A stretch of DNA of 64,000 nt from Minutocellus sp. GHC0000111 (lineage: Eukaryota). The notes beneath the pieces were generated by a model. It worked only from the letters and a program-made list of their open reading frames with translations. It did not search any database and was not told the DNA's origin. Position 1 is the first letter of the stretch, and each line of letters starts with the position of its first letter. A program made the position numbers and the translations under genes. The stretch is taken from contig OZ361259.1 in assembly GCA_977018835.1 (NCBI GenBank), positions 4,402,001 to 4,466,000 of the forward strand, written 5' to 3'. Positions 35,683 through 49,452 of the stretch are shown here, in pieces.

Positions 35683-38600
35683 ATGTTTTCCAGCAGCAAC
35701 AATCACAATTCGGCCACGCCTTTGGCGGTCCTCACTGGTGCCGGAAATTCCAGCGGTAACGGCATCGGCGTGCCCCGGGTCATTCACGTCAACTCGCCGT
35801 CCAACGAAAACACAAATAGTACCAAGGGCCAGCAGTCGATTCCTTCTGTGGCCGAGCCGACGCCCAAAGTACGGAACGGTGGTGCTACCGGCGGCAAAAC
35901 TCCTACTACTACTGACGCTGCTGCTACTGCTCCGGCATCCTCTTCAGATAGAGGAGACAATCGCAGTCTGGCGTCGGCATCTTCGGGCACGACGGCATCG
36001 TCATCGTCATCTCGTGCTCACAATTCCTTGGTAGCGGCTTCTGATGATGTCGATAGCAAAAGTCGTGCCAGCAGTACGTCCTTTTCGGTCCCTCGTGGAC
36101 GCGAAGGTGCACGTGTAGGGACGGCTACTGACACAAAAGTGAAGAGTATTGATACTAGCTCTGGTATTCCAATTGGCAAGCCCAGTGGTGTGTCTGCCCG
36201 TCCTCCTCGGCCGATACCCACAGACCAGCAGCGAAATCAGCGGCAACAGATGGTATCCCAAAGCATTGCCTTTCAACACGGAGAGGATGCCACGACACTT
36301 TGCTCGTCGGTGGCGGACGATTCGCGAAACGATCACTCCTCCCTGGGCGGCTCGGCATCGGCCTTTTCGGGTGGATCGGAACGTGATTCCATGACCAATA
36401 GCGTCGGCTTTTCGTATGAGGAAGATGAGGACGGTCACGATGACAGGACGGACGATGGATACGAAGGCCTAGCAGGCAATGCACCGATCTACGATTGTGG
36501 TCTATTCGGCATCGATGGACAGCCCGAAGATGACTTCGAAAAATTTTATGACGATTTATCCATTGATTCGCAGGGTAGGGATGGATTGGATAGAGAACGG
36601 TCAGCCCGTCACAAGGAGAAAATGAAGCAGATGGCTTTGGCTCTGAGGAAGAGAACGAGGGGAAGGAAGGGGCACAAAAACAAACATTCCGCGGCATCTT
36701 TAGGCACGGACGGTGGGTCGGTCATAACTGCTGTCGCTCAAGATATCTGTTCCCCCAAGGTCGCGAAAGCTCGGATCGAAATGGCATACGAGAATTACTT
36801 GCACACCTACAAGTTTGATACAGTCAAGACACCGACAGCTTCCAATAAGACAAACAACAATGATGAAATGGAGTCTCGACAAATCGATCGAAGAAGAAAG
36901 CGAGGCAAACTCAGCAATAAGAGATTGGTCTCCGATGCTGATGGTGATGTTGCAGTAGCGACGTCTACCGTACCGCCCTTTCAGGGCAGTGTCGAGATGG
37001 ATAGTAGGGCCGGGAGTTCCAATGGCTCAGTTATCGAGCATCACACATGCCCGATGTGTTCATCGAAATTATTGCACCAGCATCGCAGGGTGTTGCTCGA
37101 TGCTGTGCCTGCTGTGCCACATGATGCTCATATTGCAACTGCTACGAATATGACTGCAAGGGCAACAAATCCTCGAGGCCATGACAATAAGTCGTCTCAG
37201 AAGTTCATGGGTGCAACTTCAGATGATTGTTTCCAGTGTGCTGACAAGTGCCCTGGCTCGGTCCAACCAACAGTCAAGAGCTTCTGCAACACATCTTTGC
37301 TTCCTCGTCTACTGAGCACAGAGATGATGATGTCACCAACGCCAAGGGAAGCATGGCTCATCAACAGACTGTCGAGAAGGATCCATACAGAGACGAGAAT
37401 CACAAGAACACGCCTTTGATATCGGATGCTGATTACGAGGAGAGACCGGTCCCGCCATACTGTGCTGAATGCCGTACTTACATCGTAACTGAGGCGACCG
37501 AGGCAGAATTGAGGGAAGAAATGCTTGCGAATCTATCAGAATGGATGGTAGACACAAACGATGAGGAAGACGAGGAGGACATTGAATTCAAGGTTGCTTC
37601 ATTAAAGCCATACGAAGACGGAACTGTTGTTGTAGATCGTCCCCTGAGAGGAAACATTTTGGTATTTCTCGATGACGATGGGGATGACAAGGTTCTCTTC
37701 TCAAATCAAGATATGGATGAACAATCGGTCACAACAAGGCAACAAGAGAACCTATCACCAGCACCTGTGCCAACGTTACCGACATATCCAGGTCTCCATC
37801 TTGTATCGTCTGGTGAGGTGCAAGCACGAGGGAGAGAGGTGCTTCCTCCACCTCCTGTCCTTCTTCCTTCAATATCTGAGGATCCAGAAGTTCCTCCTCA
37901 TACAAAGCAAGCCGATGACAGCCCAATTTTTGCTGCGCAATTTGGTCCCCCAGATGCATCAGTTCCTTTCTCGGATGCTCTAAATCATACAGCTCGGCCC
38001 AACAAACAGGCCGAGGTTGTTCAAACATTGGGCAACAATGCCATCGCTGAAGCCTCGTCTATCGATCAAACTCCCAGTATCCGAACAGAGGATGAGCAAG
38101 CTGAAATAACTGCAAGCTATCCGACGAAGCGAGAAATTGCGACCAATATCATAGGTGCCAAGCTCGTCAATGGATATACTCTGACGCACAAGCAGTGTTT
38201 TATTTGTGACATGCCAATGATGGAAAGAGATGGGAAGTGCAAATGTGTTGTTTGTCCTGTAATCGAACGAAAGGCAAAGAAGCGCGCCAAGGACAAACGA
38301 AAAGAACGAAAAAGGACTGGCCCTACTGCGGAGAATGCCTCATCTCCTGTTGAGGTTGTGGACACTGCTACTGACTTGCGCACTGCAAATGAGGATAATC
38401 AAATCCATATTTCTCAAGGTGGAGATGGAGCTCAAGATGAAATTCTCGCTACTAAAAATATTCCAGCAAATGTCGACGTGAGCAAGTTCGTTCAGGGAGA
38501 TAGATTGCTTGAACTCGTTGAAGCTCCGGTAGGAATCTATTTCGTTGGACTCGATGCAACATCAGACCGATTGCTCAACGGTTGGCACCTTTCCGGAGAA

Positions 38601-39471
38601 AAGCAAGGCTGTTCGAGTTGTGGTCATCCCATGATTTACGAAGAGAATGCATTTGGTCATAGTCCAGGTGAATTTGAGGGCGTATGTATCAATGCAAAAT
38701 GCAGGGTGGTCGCTACAAATCATTCGCTGAATGGTTCTCAAGACCTCAATATTCAATCGAACCACAAAAGTTACGATAGCGATGACGACGATCTTTTCGA
38801 TCTCGATGATCCAGCGCTTGTCGCTCTGCAGAAGCTGGCCTGTGACAAGAAGAATGCTGCAACAGCTTCTAGTACCGATAATCGCAAGGCTCCACACGAT
38901 AACTGCGGAAATACATTGGATGTAAGATTCAGATGCGATAGCGAGGACAAGACAACCCTCTGCTGTAGATCCCTTGGCTACGTCACATAAGAATGAACGA
39001 AGCCAATCCTTTGAGACCTTTACATTTGATCGTCGGGGGTTCGATGCTTGTCGATTCGATTCAAAATCAACCGAACCCAAGTCAGTGTCGAGTCTGGGGG
39101 CTGAAATCCACTGCGACAGCCTAAGTTCCTGTTCGTCTCTTAGTTTTTCCGCGAAAAAGTCTCATTGCTCCAAGAAAACCTGCACGACAGGAATTGTAAC
39201 TTCAAGGAGCGATTCGTCTGACGGTTCCGATGACATGAGTGCACTCGTGGAAAAGATGAACAAGGCAAAGCAGAGAATTCTGAGCCGTGTCGAGAGGAGA
39301 GGCGGCGGCTCAAAGAATATGCTGGGAAGGGACGGCAACAGCAAAAGTAGAAATACCGTGGATTATGATGTGGCAAATTTGATTGATAGATTGGCTATTG
39401 CCGCAAAGGAAGTAGAGGAATTGGACAATTGTATCGCCAAGGCTCAAGATGATCAAGCATTGAACTTTTAG
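35683..39471 (+). CDS. Large disordered protein with Zn-ribbon modules (Auto_anti-p27/SSSCA1-like); frame breaks near 37260 and 38980
   Basis: Three consecutive ORFs. CxxC modules IGAKLVNGYTLTHKQCFICDMPM..CVVC and SDRLLNGWHL..CSSCGHPM, plus CPMC and CAEC. Confidence 0.6.
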
Positions 39472-39666
39472 GGAATGTCTTCAAGTAAGTGCTACCTAGG
39501 TACGTAGTACGATGCTCGCTATCTAGTCTAGCTAGTCTAGCTAGCTAGAGTAGGTAGCCAATTATTATTTCGGGGATAAACGTACCTAGGTACCTAGCTA
39601 GCTAGCTAGAGTGTGCTTGCACTAGAGCATTTAATAAGTAAGTTATTTACTATGATAAGAATGTAA

Positions 39667-42600
39667 TTATGATTTGGCAGCTGCTGTTCGCTCGACGAAG
39701 TCTCTCGCCGCCGCCTTGACTTCCTCGCGGCTATCCACATCGCCATGTTCCTCCTCAATACGGAACCATTTCTTGAAGAGAGATTTCATTTGCTTGTCGC
39801 TATACTTGGCCTTCTTCTTGCCATCGTCGGTGGGATTGATGACGTTCATAAAGATATTGCGAGCAGAGGCGAGCTCTCCATGCTTGACCTCTTTGTCAAC
39901 ATAAACAAAGAGAAGGTCCAGTCTCTTGGGGTGTTTCTCGATCAAGGTGTCGTAGATTGTTCGAGCGCGTTCAGGACTTCCATGCTCAAATTCGAGCTGG
40001 GCGAACTTGGACATGGTTTCGACGTGCTTGTAATCAGGAAGACTCTGCATTGCTCGCTTGAGGAGGGCGTGGGCCTCCTCGTGCCGGGTGCTTTTAAGCA
40101 GATACTTGAGGTAAGCAATCCAAACAGTCTTCTTGCTCTTGAATTTCTTGCACATCTTGAGGAACAGCTCGTCGGCTCTAGCGACGGCAGCATCGTGAGT
40201 TTGGGCTCTGTCGGGAGATGATGCAGAAGCATCTACCTCCCGTTCCAACATCTCGCAGACTCGGAGATATACCTTCTTTGGGTTGTTGTGCTGGCTGGCT
40301 CGATCAATCGTCGCTTGCTGGCTCTTTGGAGTGCCGTACTTGAACTCGAGTGTAAGCAGAGCTGTCCATACGTTGAGCTTCTCATCTTCTTGGCGGAACT
40401 CGATACGATCGAATGCCCTGTTGGCAACGTTACGAGCACTATCAATATCAGCTAGAGACAGGTGGTAAGCCATGTACCGAATCCAATTCTCTGATGCATT
40501 GGGATCGGCTGCCAGAAGCCGTTCAAAGTCTGCTGACGTCTCGGGATTGGAATCGGCAGTGCCATCGGCAAGGGCGCTCTCCCGGGCCGAAATTTCCTTC
40601 TCCTCCTTTCGGCGAGCAGCTGCCTTCTTGCGCGCCTTGTGACTGCTCTTTCCGGCGTTGTCGATCTCATCATTGTCGTCGTCTTCATCAGACTCGTCAG
40701 AAGAGTCGCTATCGGAGGATTCATTACCGTTGGCTCCCTTCGATGAAGCATCGGCAGCGTTATTTTTGGATCCCCAATTGAAGCCAACATCGGTATCCAT
40801 GGCCGTCGGGAGATTCTTGTCGTCCTCCTCCTCATCGTCATCAGATGAAGAACTATCTTCGTCGTCATCGTCGCTGCTACTACTTCCTTCGTCACTACTA
40901 CTCTCCTCTTCCTCGTCATCATCTGCTTCGTCGTTGTTGCCGCTCTTCATCTTTGCAGCGAGCTTAGACGCAAAGTTCTCGTCGTCCGAGTCAACAGCAT
41001 CGTCGCTGTCCTCGGCGTCACTCACAAGAACATCATTCAGAAGATCGTCGGCGCCATCTGCGTCGCTTCCAGACTCGGAAGACGAGGTCGATTCGTCATC
41101 ATCGTCAGAATCGCTGTCATCCTCGAAGTGGCTAGCCTTGAGGCTGAGACCAAATCGATTCTGCTCTTCGTCCTTCTTGACGACAAGAGCCTTGACGAGA
41201 TCTCCTGGATCGTAGAGGTCGGTGAGATTCTTGATGTAGTTATCGCTGCACTCAGAGAGATGCGCCAGACCAGTCATTTCGCTGTTCTCGAGACGCACGA
41301 AGACACCGTATGGCTCGACTCGAGTGACAGTGCCCTTGTACTTCTCACCAATCTTGATATCATCGTAGGTTATCTTGTCCTCGTCCTCGAGGAGAGTAGA
41401 TTCTCTCATATCCAGGTCGACCATGACCTTGGCGGAGTATTTTTTGCCCTTCTTGGCGTCATTGGATTGGTGCCGAATATCTTTTACCTTTCCAATGACA
41501 AGACGTCCTTGAGGGAACATGGCTGCTGGATCGGGGAGGAAACCATCGGCAAGCTCCTTGAGAATCACTCTGCCTTCGACAAATCGAGACAGTCGGACGA
41601 AGCATCCCTTTTTGTTGGTGGTTATGACATATGCATGGACCATTTCCTTCGGCTCTGGAGCCTCGTCGTCTTCAAGGTCGCCATCGAGACGACTCTCGCG
41701 AAGACTAACTTCGATTGTAGAAGCTGATTTGAATCCAGAAAGAACCCTGCAACGAACATAGTTGCCAGTGGGGTAGTCACTACCTCTACAGTTCATTAAA
41801 TAAGTAATATAGAGAGATGAAAATGTCAGAGAAAGAATTGAAAGGAAGATATTATGCAATTTCGCACAATATAACAGAATGGTAATGAGAGCAGTCTTTC
41901 ATTGCGACCCGTCTAGAAATGGCACGAGCCTCGCCACACCGACCGTCCTGGTATTTGTTATGTGCATGTTCCAAAGCCAAGAAGCTGAGGATCTTCACAG
42001 CCGAGTCAGTATCCCCGCGATGGGGAAACTTGGCCGTTCCGAGCATGCATTGTGAAAAAAATTAAACAAGAACACAAGTAGGAAGAGAAAAGAGCAGTCA
42101 TTTATGTACTCACCCTGCAACGGCGTCCTCTTCGTCTTCCGACATGATGCTATCATCGTCGTCACTGTCATTATCATCGGCAGATTCGTCGGTGACAATT
42201 GCCCCCTGTGAATTCTTCACCTTGTGAGGCGTGTTGTTCGCCGATCCAATGACACTTGCATCAAGACGACCCAAGGGCATGTTCTCCCACTCGTCCATCT
42301 CATTGAGCTCGGTGATATCACATCGTGCCTCGAATTCGCCACGAAGTTCTAACATCAGTGCAGGGGCATGTTGAGGTTTTATGTTGCGGTTGATTCTACC
42401 GATGACGAGATCACCAGCTGTTGGTTTGCCCGTCTGGTTTGTGCTGCCCTGGAATTGCAAGGCGGATGCATAAATAACTTGCTCTGCCTTCTTCTTATTG
42501 CTCTTTCTTCCTCTCTTCTCCATGAGGGTGCAGTTGAGCACCCCACCGATCTTGTAGTACTGCTTGAGATTATTGAGGACGTCGATGTCGTCGCTCAATT

Positions 42601-45600
42601 CCATCCCAGACACAAAGCCTGTCATACCGGGACACACGTGGATCCAAACACCTCTATTTTGCGAGCACACCCGTGTGATGACTCCAGAAATGGCGGTACC
42701 AGCGGGGAGATGAGAGGCCTCACTAACGAATACGGGAGTTGGGTTGTTCTGGCCTGCATCGGCGCCCTTCTTCTTGCTCTTTTTGCTGGATTTCTTCGCC
42801 TTTGACAAGTCGTTGGTGAGGGCGAGTTCGATATGGAGGATGCCGTTGCGATTCTCTACGGCAACGCACTTTACATCAATCAAGACATCTCCCGAGGACC
42901 AATTGTAGAAAGGGTGGTGGGTGGTAATAATAGTTTTCGAGGCGTCGGTATGACCATCGGAGCCTGCGTCGTCATCGTCTACCGGATGTTCAAGCGGCAT
43001 TCGAGGCGTGCTCGGCTGCACAGCCATAGTAAAATGAATTCTGGCTCGGATCTTGGCTCCCTTGTACTTATCACCCATCAAGGTCACAGTAGCTCGGGCA
43101 AAATTGACATCTTCCACTCGGACATCACCAACAATCTCATCCACCTTGATATCAACCTCCTTGCCACCACTCTTAGACTTTCCACCGTCGGCGCCTTCGA
43201 TCGACCTAAGCCTTTTGAGCAGGATCTTGGGCCTGCTACCGCTGGTAACGTCGAGAGCACTGATTCTACAAAGAACAGTGTCAAAAAGATTGACATCCAG
43301 ACCACCCTTGAGCTTGGGAATAAGGCCTGTTAGGCCATTCAGGAAGCGAATGAAGGCACCGTAGCGAGGATCGAGGCGGGTGCAGTAACCTTGAACGATT
43401 GCACCCTGGTAGAGCGAAGTCTCTGGCGAAGGTAGGGATACCTTCGTTGTACCTTCCTCGCTTTCGGCAATCAGCTTCGCTGTCTTGACCAATGCGGGCC
43501 TAAGCGAGACCACGGGCATTGCGACCTTGCCCGATGTCCCATCCTTGCCGCTAAAGATAACGATGGCAGGTTGATTGATTTGCTTGCCTACCTTGAGAAC
43601 TCGGCGGGCCATTTTGTCCAAACCATCGGCAGATGCGGTGGCGTCAGTATCGTATGCGTCGAGGATCTGGTCGAAGGATATTTTGCAGTCGACACTTTGG
43701 CCCTCGTCTTCAATATTCAAGTGCTTAGCCTTGATGGTGACGACGGCGTATCCCGGAATGAAAGAAACTCCGTCATCTCGAGGACGTGAGTCAAAGAGCT
43801 GGACAATCTTCATACACTTGGGTGGGAGGATGGATCCGGGTTCAAGCTTTGTTCCAGCTTTCGACTGAGCCTTTTGGTCATCATCACTTGAAATGGATGT
43901 GTTGAGGCTAAGGTCTAATTTGTACCGACGACAACTGATTACTCGGGCACGAATCACATCGCCAACGTTGTAATTCGTGGTAGGATCTTCCACACCGAGC
44001 TCCTCAGCGAGCCTGCGAGCAGTGGCTTTTCCGTACACATTGTTGTAGAAGGTTACCGTCACACCAGTTCTATCCACTTTCGAAATGAAGCCCGTGGCAA
44101 TCTTTCCAGCTGCGATGCTGAAATAATCCGTGATAGGATCATCGGGATCACTCTGGACAAGAGTTTTCTTCGCAGTCAGGACGCAACGCCTTGCATCTTC
44201 GTCAACTTGGAGACACCGGACATCGATCTTGTTCCCGACGCGAAATTTCTCCGCGCGGACCTTGCTTCGGTAGGACGAGCCATCCTTGCCAGAAGACTGA
44301 GCCTTATCAAACAGATGATTTGCTGGTACCAGACCACGAATTCCATGACCAAGCTCAACAAGGATTCCACCGCCATCCATCGATCTGATGATTGGCACAC
44401 TGGTGTACTTCGCTCCGGGTGCAAGGTCGGAGTAGGAAAGAGCAGCAGATGCGACGATACTTTCGGCGGTGGCACAGCTGGCAACGTTATCCATCAGGTT
44501 GGACGTGGAGAGAATACGAAGACGAGGAACTTTCGCATGCAGGGCAAAGTGCTTGGCTAAAAGGGCCTCCGGAGTTCTGTAGTTGCGCCCCTTCTCCTTC
44601 GTTGGGGGATCCATCGCCTTGGAAATATGCACGTAGGCACACTTCACAGCGGCCGCAGAGCGATAAGTGTCATTGGAAAGCAATTTGGCAACCGATGGTC
44701 CACCAAATACCTTCGGATTGCCAACGTCACTATCAATATCCATGTCATCGTCGCCATCCGTCTCCGATGGAAGAGCGATAAGGGCTCCAACGCCAGGATC
44801 ATGGCGGATCACGCGAGCATTTTCAATAATAGACCCAACAGAGGGCAGAGGCGCTACCGAGGAATTCTGCTGCTCTTCGGTAAGGGGCGCACTGAGAGCT
44901 AGTACATGCGGGAGCAAAGAAAGACGAATGATCTTTGTAGCAGGGTCGACGGCAATGAGACGCGCCGAGACCTGTTGGTTTATCAATTCCAATGACAAGG
45001 ACCACCCACAGAGAATTGAATTGCGGGTTAGAGAGCATATATACCAAAATAAAAACAGGTGTAGAAAATAAAATCAATGAAAAAACGCACCGTCTTGAGC
45101 TTGCCCACAAAGACATCCTTCCACCAAAGGTTGGCATCCTTGACACCGTCCATTTTGCCAACGCCGGACCAGTATCCGCCGAGGTTGGCCATATCGATCG
45201 ATCCACGGAAGACATTTCCTAGGAAGGTAACGCACAGACCATTGCGAGCGTAGTGCTCGACGTGGCATTTGAGGAGCATACCCGGACCGAGCGTCCGCAC
45301 GGTGTAGCCAGTGGAGGACGACGAAGAGGCCGAAGTGGCAATGATCGACGTAACGACTCGGGCCAAGGAAGAGGCCTTCCTGAGGCCGAGCTGAACGACG
45401 GCGGCACCACCGGCACCGGCAGCAGCCGCAGATGACGAGAGAAGGGCAGTCGGGATGGATTTGACGGTGAAGTCGAAGATACGTCCAGCATTGAGAATGA
45501 ACTTGGCAGCACCACTGCTCTTTTGGTCATCGCTACCCTTCTTTTTCTTTCTCTTCTTGCCTCCATCATCATTTTCATCATTATCATCATTATCATCATC

Positions 45601-46575
45601 GCTGTCCTCGGCGTCTTCCATCTTTGCATCCTCATCATCTTCATCATCACTGTCACTTTCGCTCTCACTGTCCTTCATTTCCTCATCGTCATCTTCCTCA
45701 TCGGAAGCGGCAGCAATATCGTACCCACCCTCGACATTCTCATAACGGAGGAAGGCCATCTTCCGTCCCAGACCCGCCAGGCCCAGGTCGACGATGCAGC
45801 CGTGATCCTCGCAGCTTATGACCTTACCACGGATGGTGGTGGCGGCATCGCCATCGTCCAGATCGGTCAACCGCAGGTCGGCATTGATGACCTGAGGCGA
45901 TGCCGTCAGTTCGATGCGACGTCTGGTCTCGGTCTTGGCCTTGCCATTGGCCGAGGAGGAGCCGGACGACTTCGAAGATGCCACGGTCTCCGTGGTCGTC
46001 TTGACGATGGAGAATGCCATCATGGTGCCGGGCGTGTAGACATCGGTGAGGGCAATGTCGGTGGCCTTGGCCCGACGGACGAAGCCGGTGAGCATGTTGG
46101 GCAAACTCACGACGGCGTAGTCGGGGGCGACGTCACGGACCAGACCGAGGAGACGCGTCCCCTTGCCCAGCTTGTTGAACGACAGAGATTCGATGAGGGC
46201 CGCCTTGGACGGTCCTCCGTCCTTGCCGCGGTTGGACGAGTCGAAGGCCGTGGGCTGAAGGACGGCCCCACCTCCCAGGGGCAGCATCGAGGAGGAACCG
46301 CTTCCGGACGGATCACCGCCGGTCGCATGGGCGGAAGACTTGCGCCGCTTCTTCTTGCCGCTCGCGCCACCCTCGCCAGAGGTCGATGTCGAACGACTTC
46401 CGAAGAGGAAGTCATCCTTGTCGGCACCGGCCTGCGCCTGTTGCTGCGCCTTGCGCTTGGTGCTGGTCGAAGTAGACGAGGACTTTTGTTCTTTGGCAGA
46501 CGGAGTTCGAAGGGCAGCCGAGGCAGAATCGATCCGTCCTCCGCCGCCGCCGCCACGGGGGAAGGATTCTTCCAT
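39667..46575 (-). CDS. RRP5: rRNA biogenesis protein RRP5 (S1 repeats + HAT/TPR); introns ~44972-45090 and ~41786-42113
   Basis: Starts MEESFPRGG; multiple S1 repeats (e.g. VEPYGVFVRL..GLAHLSE); C-terminal DFERLL..PN.S..WIRYMAYHL, EKLNVWTA, FAQLEFEHG..ERARTIYD..PKRLDL. Confidence 0.93.
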
Positions 46576-46938
46576 GTTTGTTGTGCTTGTAGTATTTCTT
46601 GAGCTAATGAATGTCAGCGACAAGTCTCTTTGAACCAGACTGTCTCGGATTGCTCGCAAGAGAATGAGATTGGCTGAGATTGGCTGGCTGTGGCGCCAAA
46701 CGAAAGATGTGTTGATTTCTCGGATTGGTGGCTTCTGAGATCTGGGGTCATTGGTACCAACTCTAAGAACGAAGGACAGACTGAATTTAGAGAAATTTAC
46801 CGCTCTACTTGCCCTGCACTCCCAAGATCTAATTTTATCTACATTTGTCACAAACTTATCAGGTTATGTAATAGCACCGCCGCTCACCACACCTCCATCA
46901 TACTTTTGTATCCCTCCATCCTCCACCTGACCGTAACG

Positions 46939-47658
46939 ATGAAGACCCCCGAGTCCGTTCTCAAGAAGCAGGCCACCCAGGCCAAGATCGCCGAGGCCGC
47001 CCTTGCCGAGTCCAAGGCCGCCCGCGCCAAGAAGAAGGCCGACAAGAAGGCCTTCATCGCCAACGCCGAGAAGTACCAGGCCGAGTACGAGGCCGAGGAG
47101 AAGGCCGCCATTGCCAACCGCCGCGAGGCCAAGGCCAAGGGTGGCTTCTACGTCCCCGCCGAGCCCAAGATCGCCCTCGTCATCCGCATCCGCGGTATCA
47201 TCGGCGTCAGCCCCAAGGCCAAGAAGGTCCTCCAGCTCTTCCGCCTCCGCCAGATCCACAACGCCACCTTCGTCAAGCTCAACGAGGCCACCATCCGCAT
47301 GCTCCGCCTCATCGAGCCCTACGTCACCTACGGCTACCCCACCCGCCACACCATCGAGAAGCTCATCTACAAGCGCGGCTTCGGCAAGCTCAACAAGCAG
47401 CTCATCCCCATCTCCGAGAACGCCGTCATCGAGGAGGGCCTCCAGGGCACCGGCATCCGATGCGTCGCCGACCTCATCCACGAGATCTACACCGTCGGAC
47501 CCAACTTCAAGCGCGCCAACAACTTCCTCTGGCCCTTCAAGCTGTCCAGCCCCAACGGCGGATTCTCCTCCAAGACCAAGCTCCTCCACTTCCTCGAGGG
47601 TGGCGAGGCCGGTGCCCGTGGAGAGGAGATCAACAAGCTCGTCAAGCGCATGATATAA
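46939..47658 (+). CDS. RPL7: 60S ribosomal protein L7 (uL30)
   Basis: [63 protein letters not shown]. Extreme C/G-ending codon bias. Confidence 0.97.
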   Translation: MKTPESVLKKQATQAKIAEAALAESKAARAKKKADKKAFIANAEKYQAEYEAEEKAAIANRREAKAKGGFYVPAEPKIALVIRIRGIIGVSPKAKKVLQLFRLRQIHNATFVKLNEATIRMLRLIEPYVTYGYPTRHTIEKLIYKRGFGKLNKQLIPISENAVIEEGLQGTGIRCVADLIHEIYTVGPNFKRANNFLWPFKLSSPNGGFSSKTKLLHFLEGGEAGARGEEINKLVKRMI

Positions 47659-48543
47659 TTTTTTTGGCCTTTTTTTGGGGGGATTTGGTCAGGCATCCTT
47701 GGCAGCTTGTACTTGTAGATATACATAGAAACCCTCTCATTCACTACTAAGTATCCGATTAAAGACAAACGAAAATGTTCCGACCCCCAGTGTCGCCTTT
47801 GTGCACACTTGTAAAAATCCGAAAGGATGGGGCGGTCAATCTTTTTTACTAGTAGCTGCGTACACTGTACCCGTATTCTTAGGTGCCCTGAGTCCGGTCT
47901 CGTCGGCCCGTACCTCCTCCACCGAAAATTTCCCGCTCTCATCTGAGGCGTTGGCATGCATTGTGATTTGCTAATTTGAAAGCAACAATCAACCAATAAA
48001 AATACCACCGCGATAGGTCTAGACTGTAAATGCGCCGGTTGTGTGAGCGTGAGAAAGAATTTCGTTCGCGCAAGGAGGGCTGGAAGCTATACAACGTACT
48101 GTAGAAATGGAGACGCAAGCAAAAGGACGCAGACAGATCAGACAGATGAGAGCACCGGTACATTGTATATAAACTACATGTACTGGCTCGCCAAGAACTG
48201 CCAACTTTAGACACACTCTTATGCGATACCCTCCAACTACTATATATAATAACTAGTAGGTAGTAAAAATGAATTCACGAGGAAAGGAAGTAATGGCAGG
48301 GTTCTTAATTTTAGGGAGAGTGCATTGAACTGCTCTTAAATCAGAATACCGTCAGATCAACTAAGTCGTGCCCAGTAGAAGATCTGGCGAGAAGCAGAGA
48401 ATGAAGCTGCTCTCATGCTCGATCTCTCCGCTTTCTGTCATTTGTACGAACACGTGGTGCTTTGGTTTCGTACAGCAGTATCAACATGCGAATATATATT
48501 ACAAATCAGCAGATATGAAGGCCTACATGTACCGGTAGATTTT

Positions 48544-49452
48544 TCACTGCTGTTGCTTCTGCTCCTCTGGGAGGGAAGTAGGAGGAGGACTAGTTCTTGC
48601 CGCCAAGGTCAAGGCTCCGGACAAGGCCGAGGGAGCACTTGCCAGTGGCGCCTGTGGCTGCTGTGCAGCAAGCACTGGCGCCTGCAGAGCAGAAAGGTTG
48701 AGTTGCTGAGGCTGATTCTGCTGCAACGCTGCCAGCTGTCCCAGTAGAGCGTTCGAAGAGAGGTTCAGCCCAGCGGCTGGAACTGGAAGAGCGGCGCTGC
48801 CGAAGGAATTGGAAATACTACTGGTGGATTGGACATTGTTGGAAGCGCCCATGGTAGCAGCAGCAAGAGCCGCAAGAACGTTTGCGTTGCCGGTGACTGG
48901 TGTATTATTCAACGCATTGCCGGCCAATAGGGTGGTACTAGTACCGGTAGGCACAGACGGCACCGCCACCGTTCCAGGACCCCGGAGAAGGAGCCCGGCC
49001 GCGATGGACCTGGCCAGGTGCGGGTTGGCTGCCCCGGCGAGGGCTGCTTCGGCGGCCGTCCGGTTGTTCGACGCCAGGGCGTTCTGCAGCTGCGTACGAA
49101 GGCTGGCGTTCTCTTGCGCCAGGCTGGAATTCTCTGTCCTCAGCCTCTCGACGGATTCCTCGAGATCAGACAGGGGCTTCTTCCTACGCTCTCGACTTTC
49201 CTTGGCCGAGCGGCGATTGGCAAGAACTCGATCCCATTTCTTCTCGTCGGCGGACTCGGCGGTGGAGGTTGGCGAGTTGATGGTGACGGTTGTCTTGCGC
49301 TTCTTGGCCTGCTGAGACAAGGAAGAGGACACGGAGGCGGAAGAGTCAGCAGCAGCAGCGGACGCAGCAGCAGCAGCAGCAACTGCCGCGGCAGCTCCCC
49401 CCTCCTCGCGGCAACTATAGTTACCAGGAGTGGGACTTGACGTGGAACTCAT
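48544..49452 (-). CDS. bZIP transcription factor
   Basis: RVLANRRSAKESRERRK basic region followed by a leucine heptad (LEESVERLRTENSSLAQENASLRTQL). Confidence 0.88.
   Translation of the reverse strand: MSSTSSPTPGNYSCREEGGAAAAVAAAAAASAAAADSSASVSSSLSQQAKKRKTTVTINSPTSTAESADEKKWDRVLANRRSAKESRERRKKPLSDLEESVERLRTENSSLAQENASLRTQLQNALASNNRTAAEAALAGAANPHLARSIAAGLLLRGPGTVAVPSVPTGTSTTLLAGNALNNTPVTGNANVLAALAAATMGASNNVQSTSSISNSFGSAALPVPAAGLNLSSNALLGQLAALQQNQPQQLNLSALQAPVLAAQQPQAPLASAPSALSGALTLAARTSPPPTSLPEEQKQQQ

Noticed and set aside
46864..47653. Long antisense and alternate-frame ORFs over RPL7 (likewise over SGT1, RRP5 and 22981-24201)
   Set aside because: Shadow ORFs caused by strong C/G codon bias; they carry no protein motifs.
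47700..48250. Possible structured ncRNA downstream of RPL7
   Set aside because: No recognisable tRNA, snRNA or snoRNA motifs; a covariance-model search would be needed.
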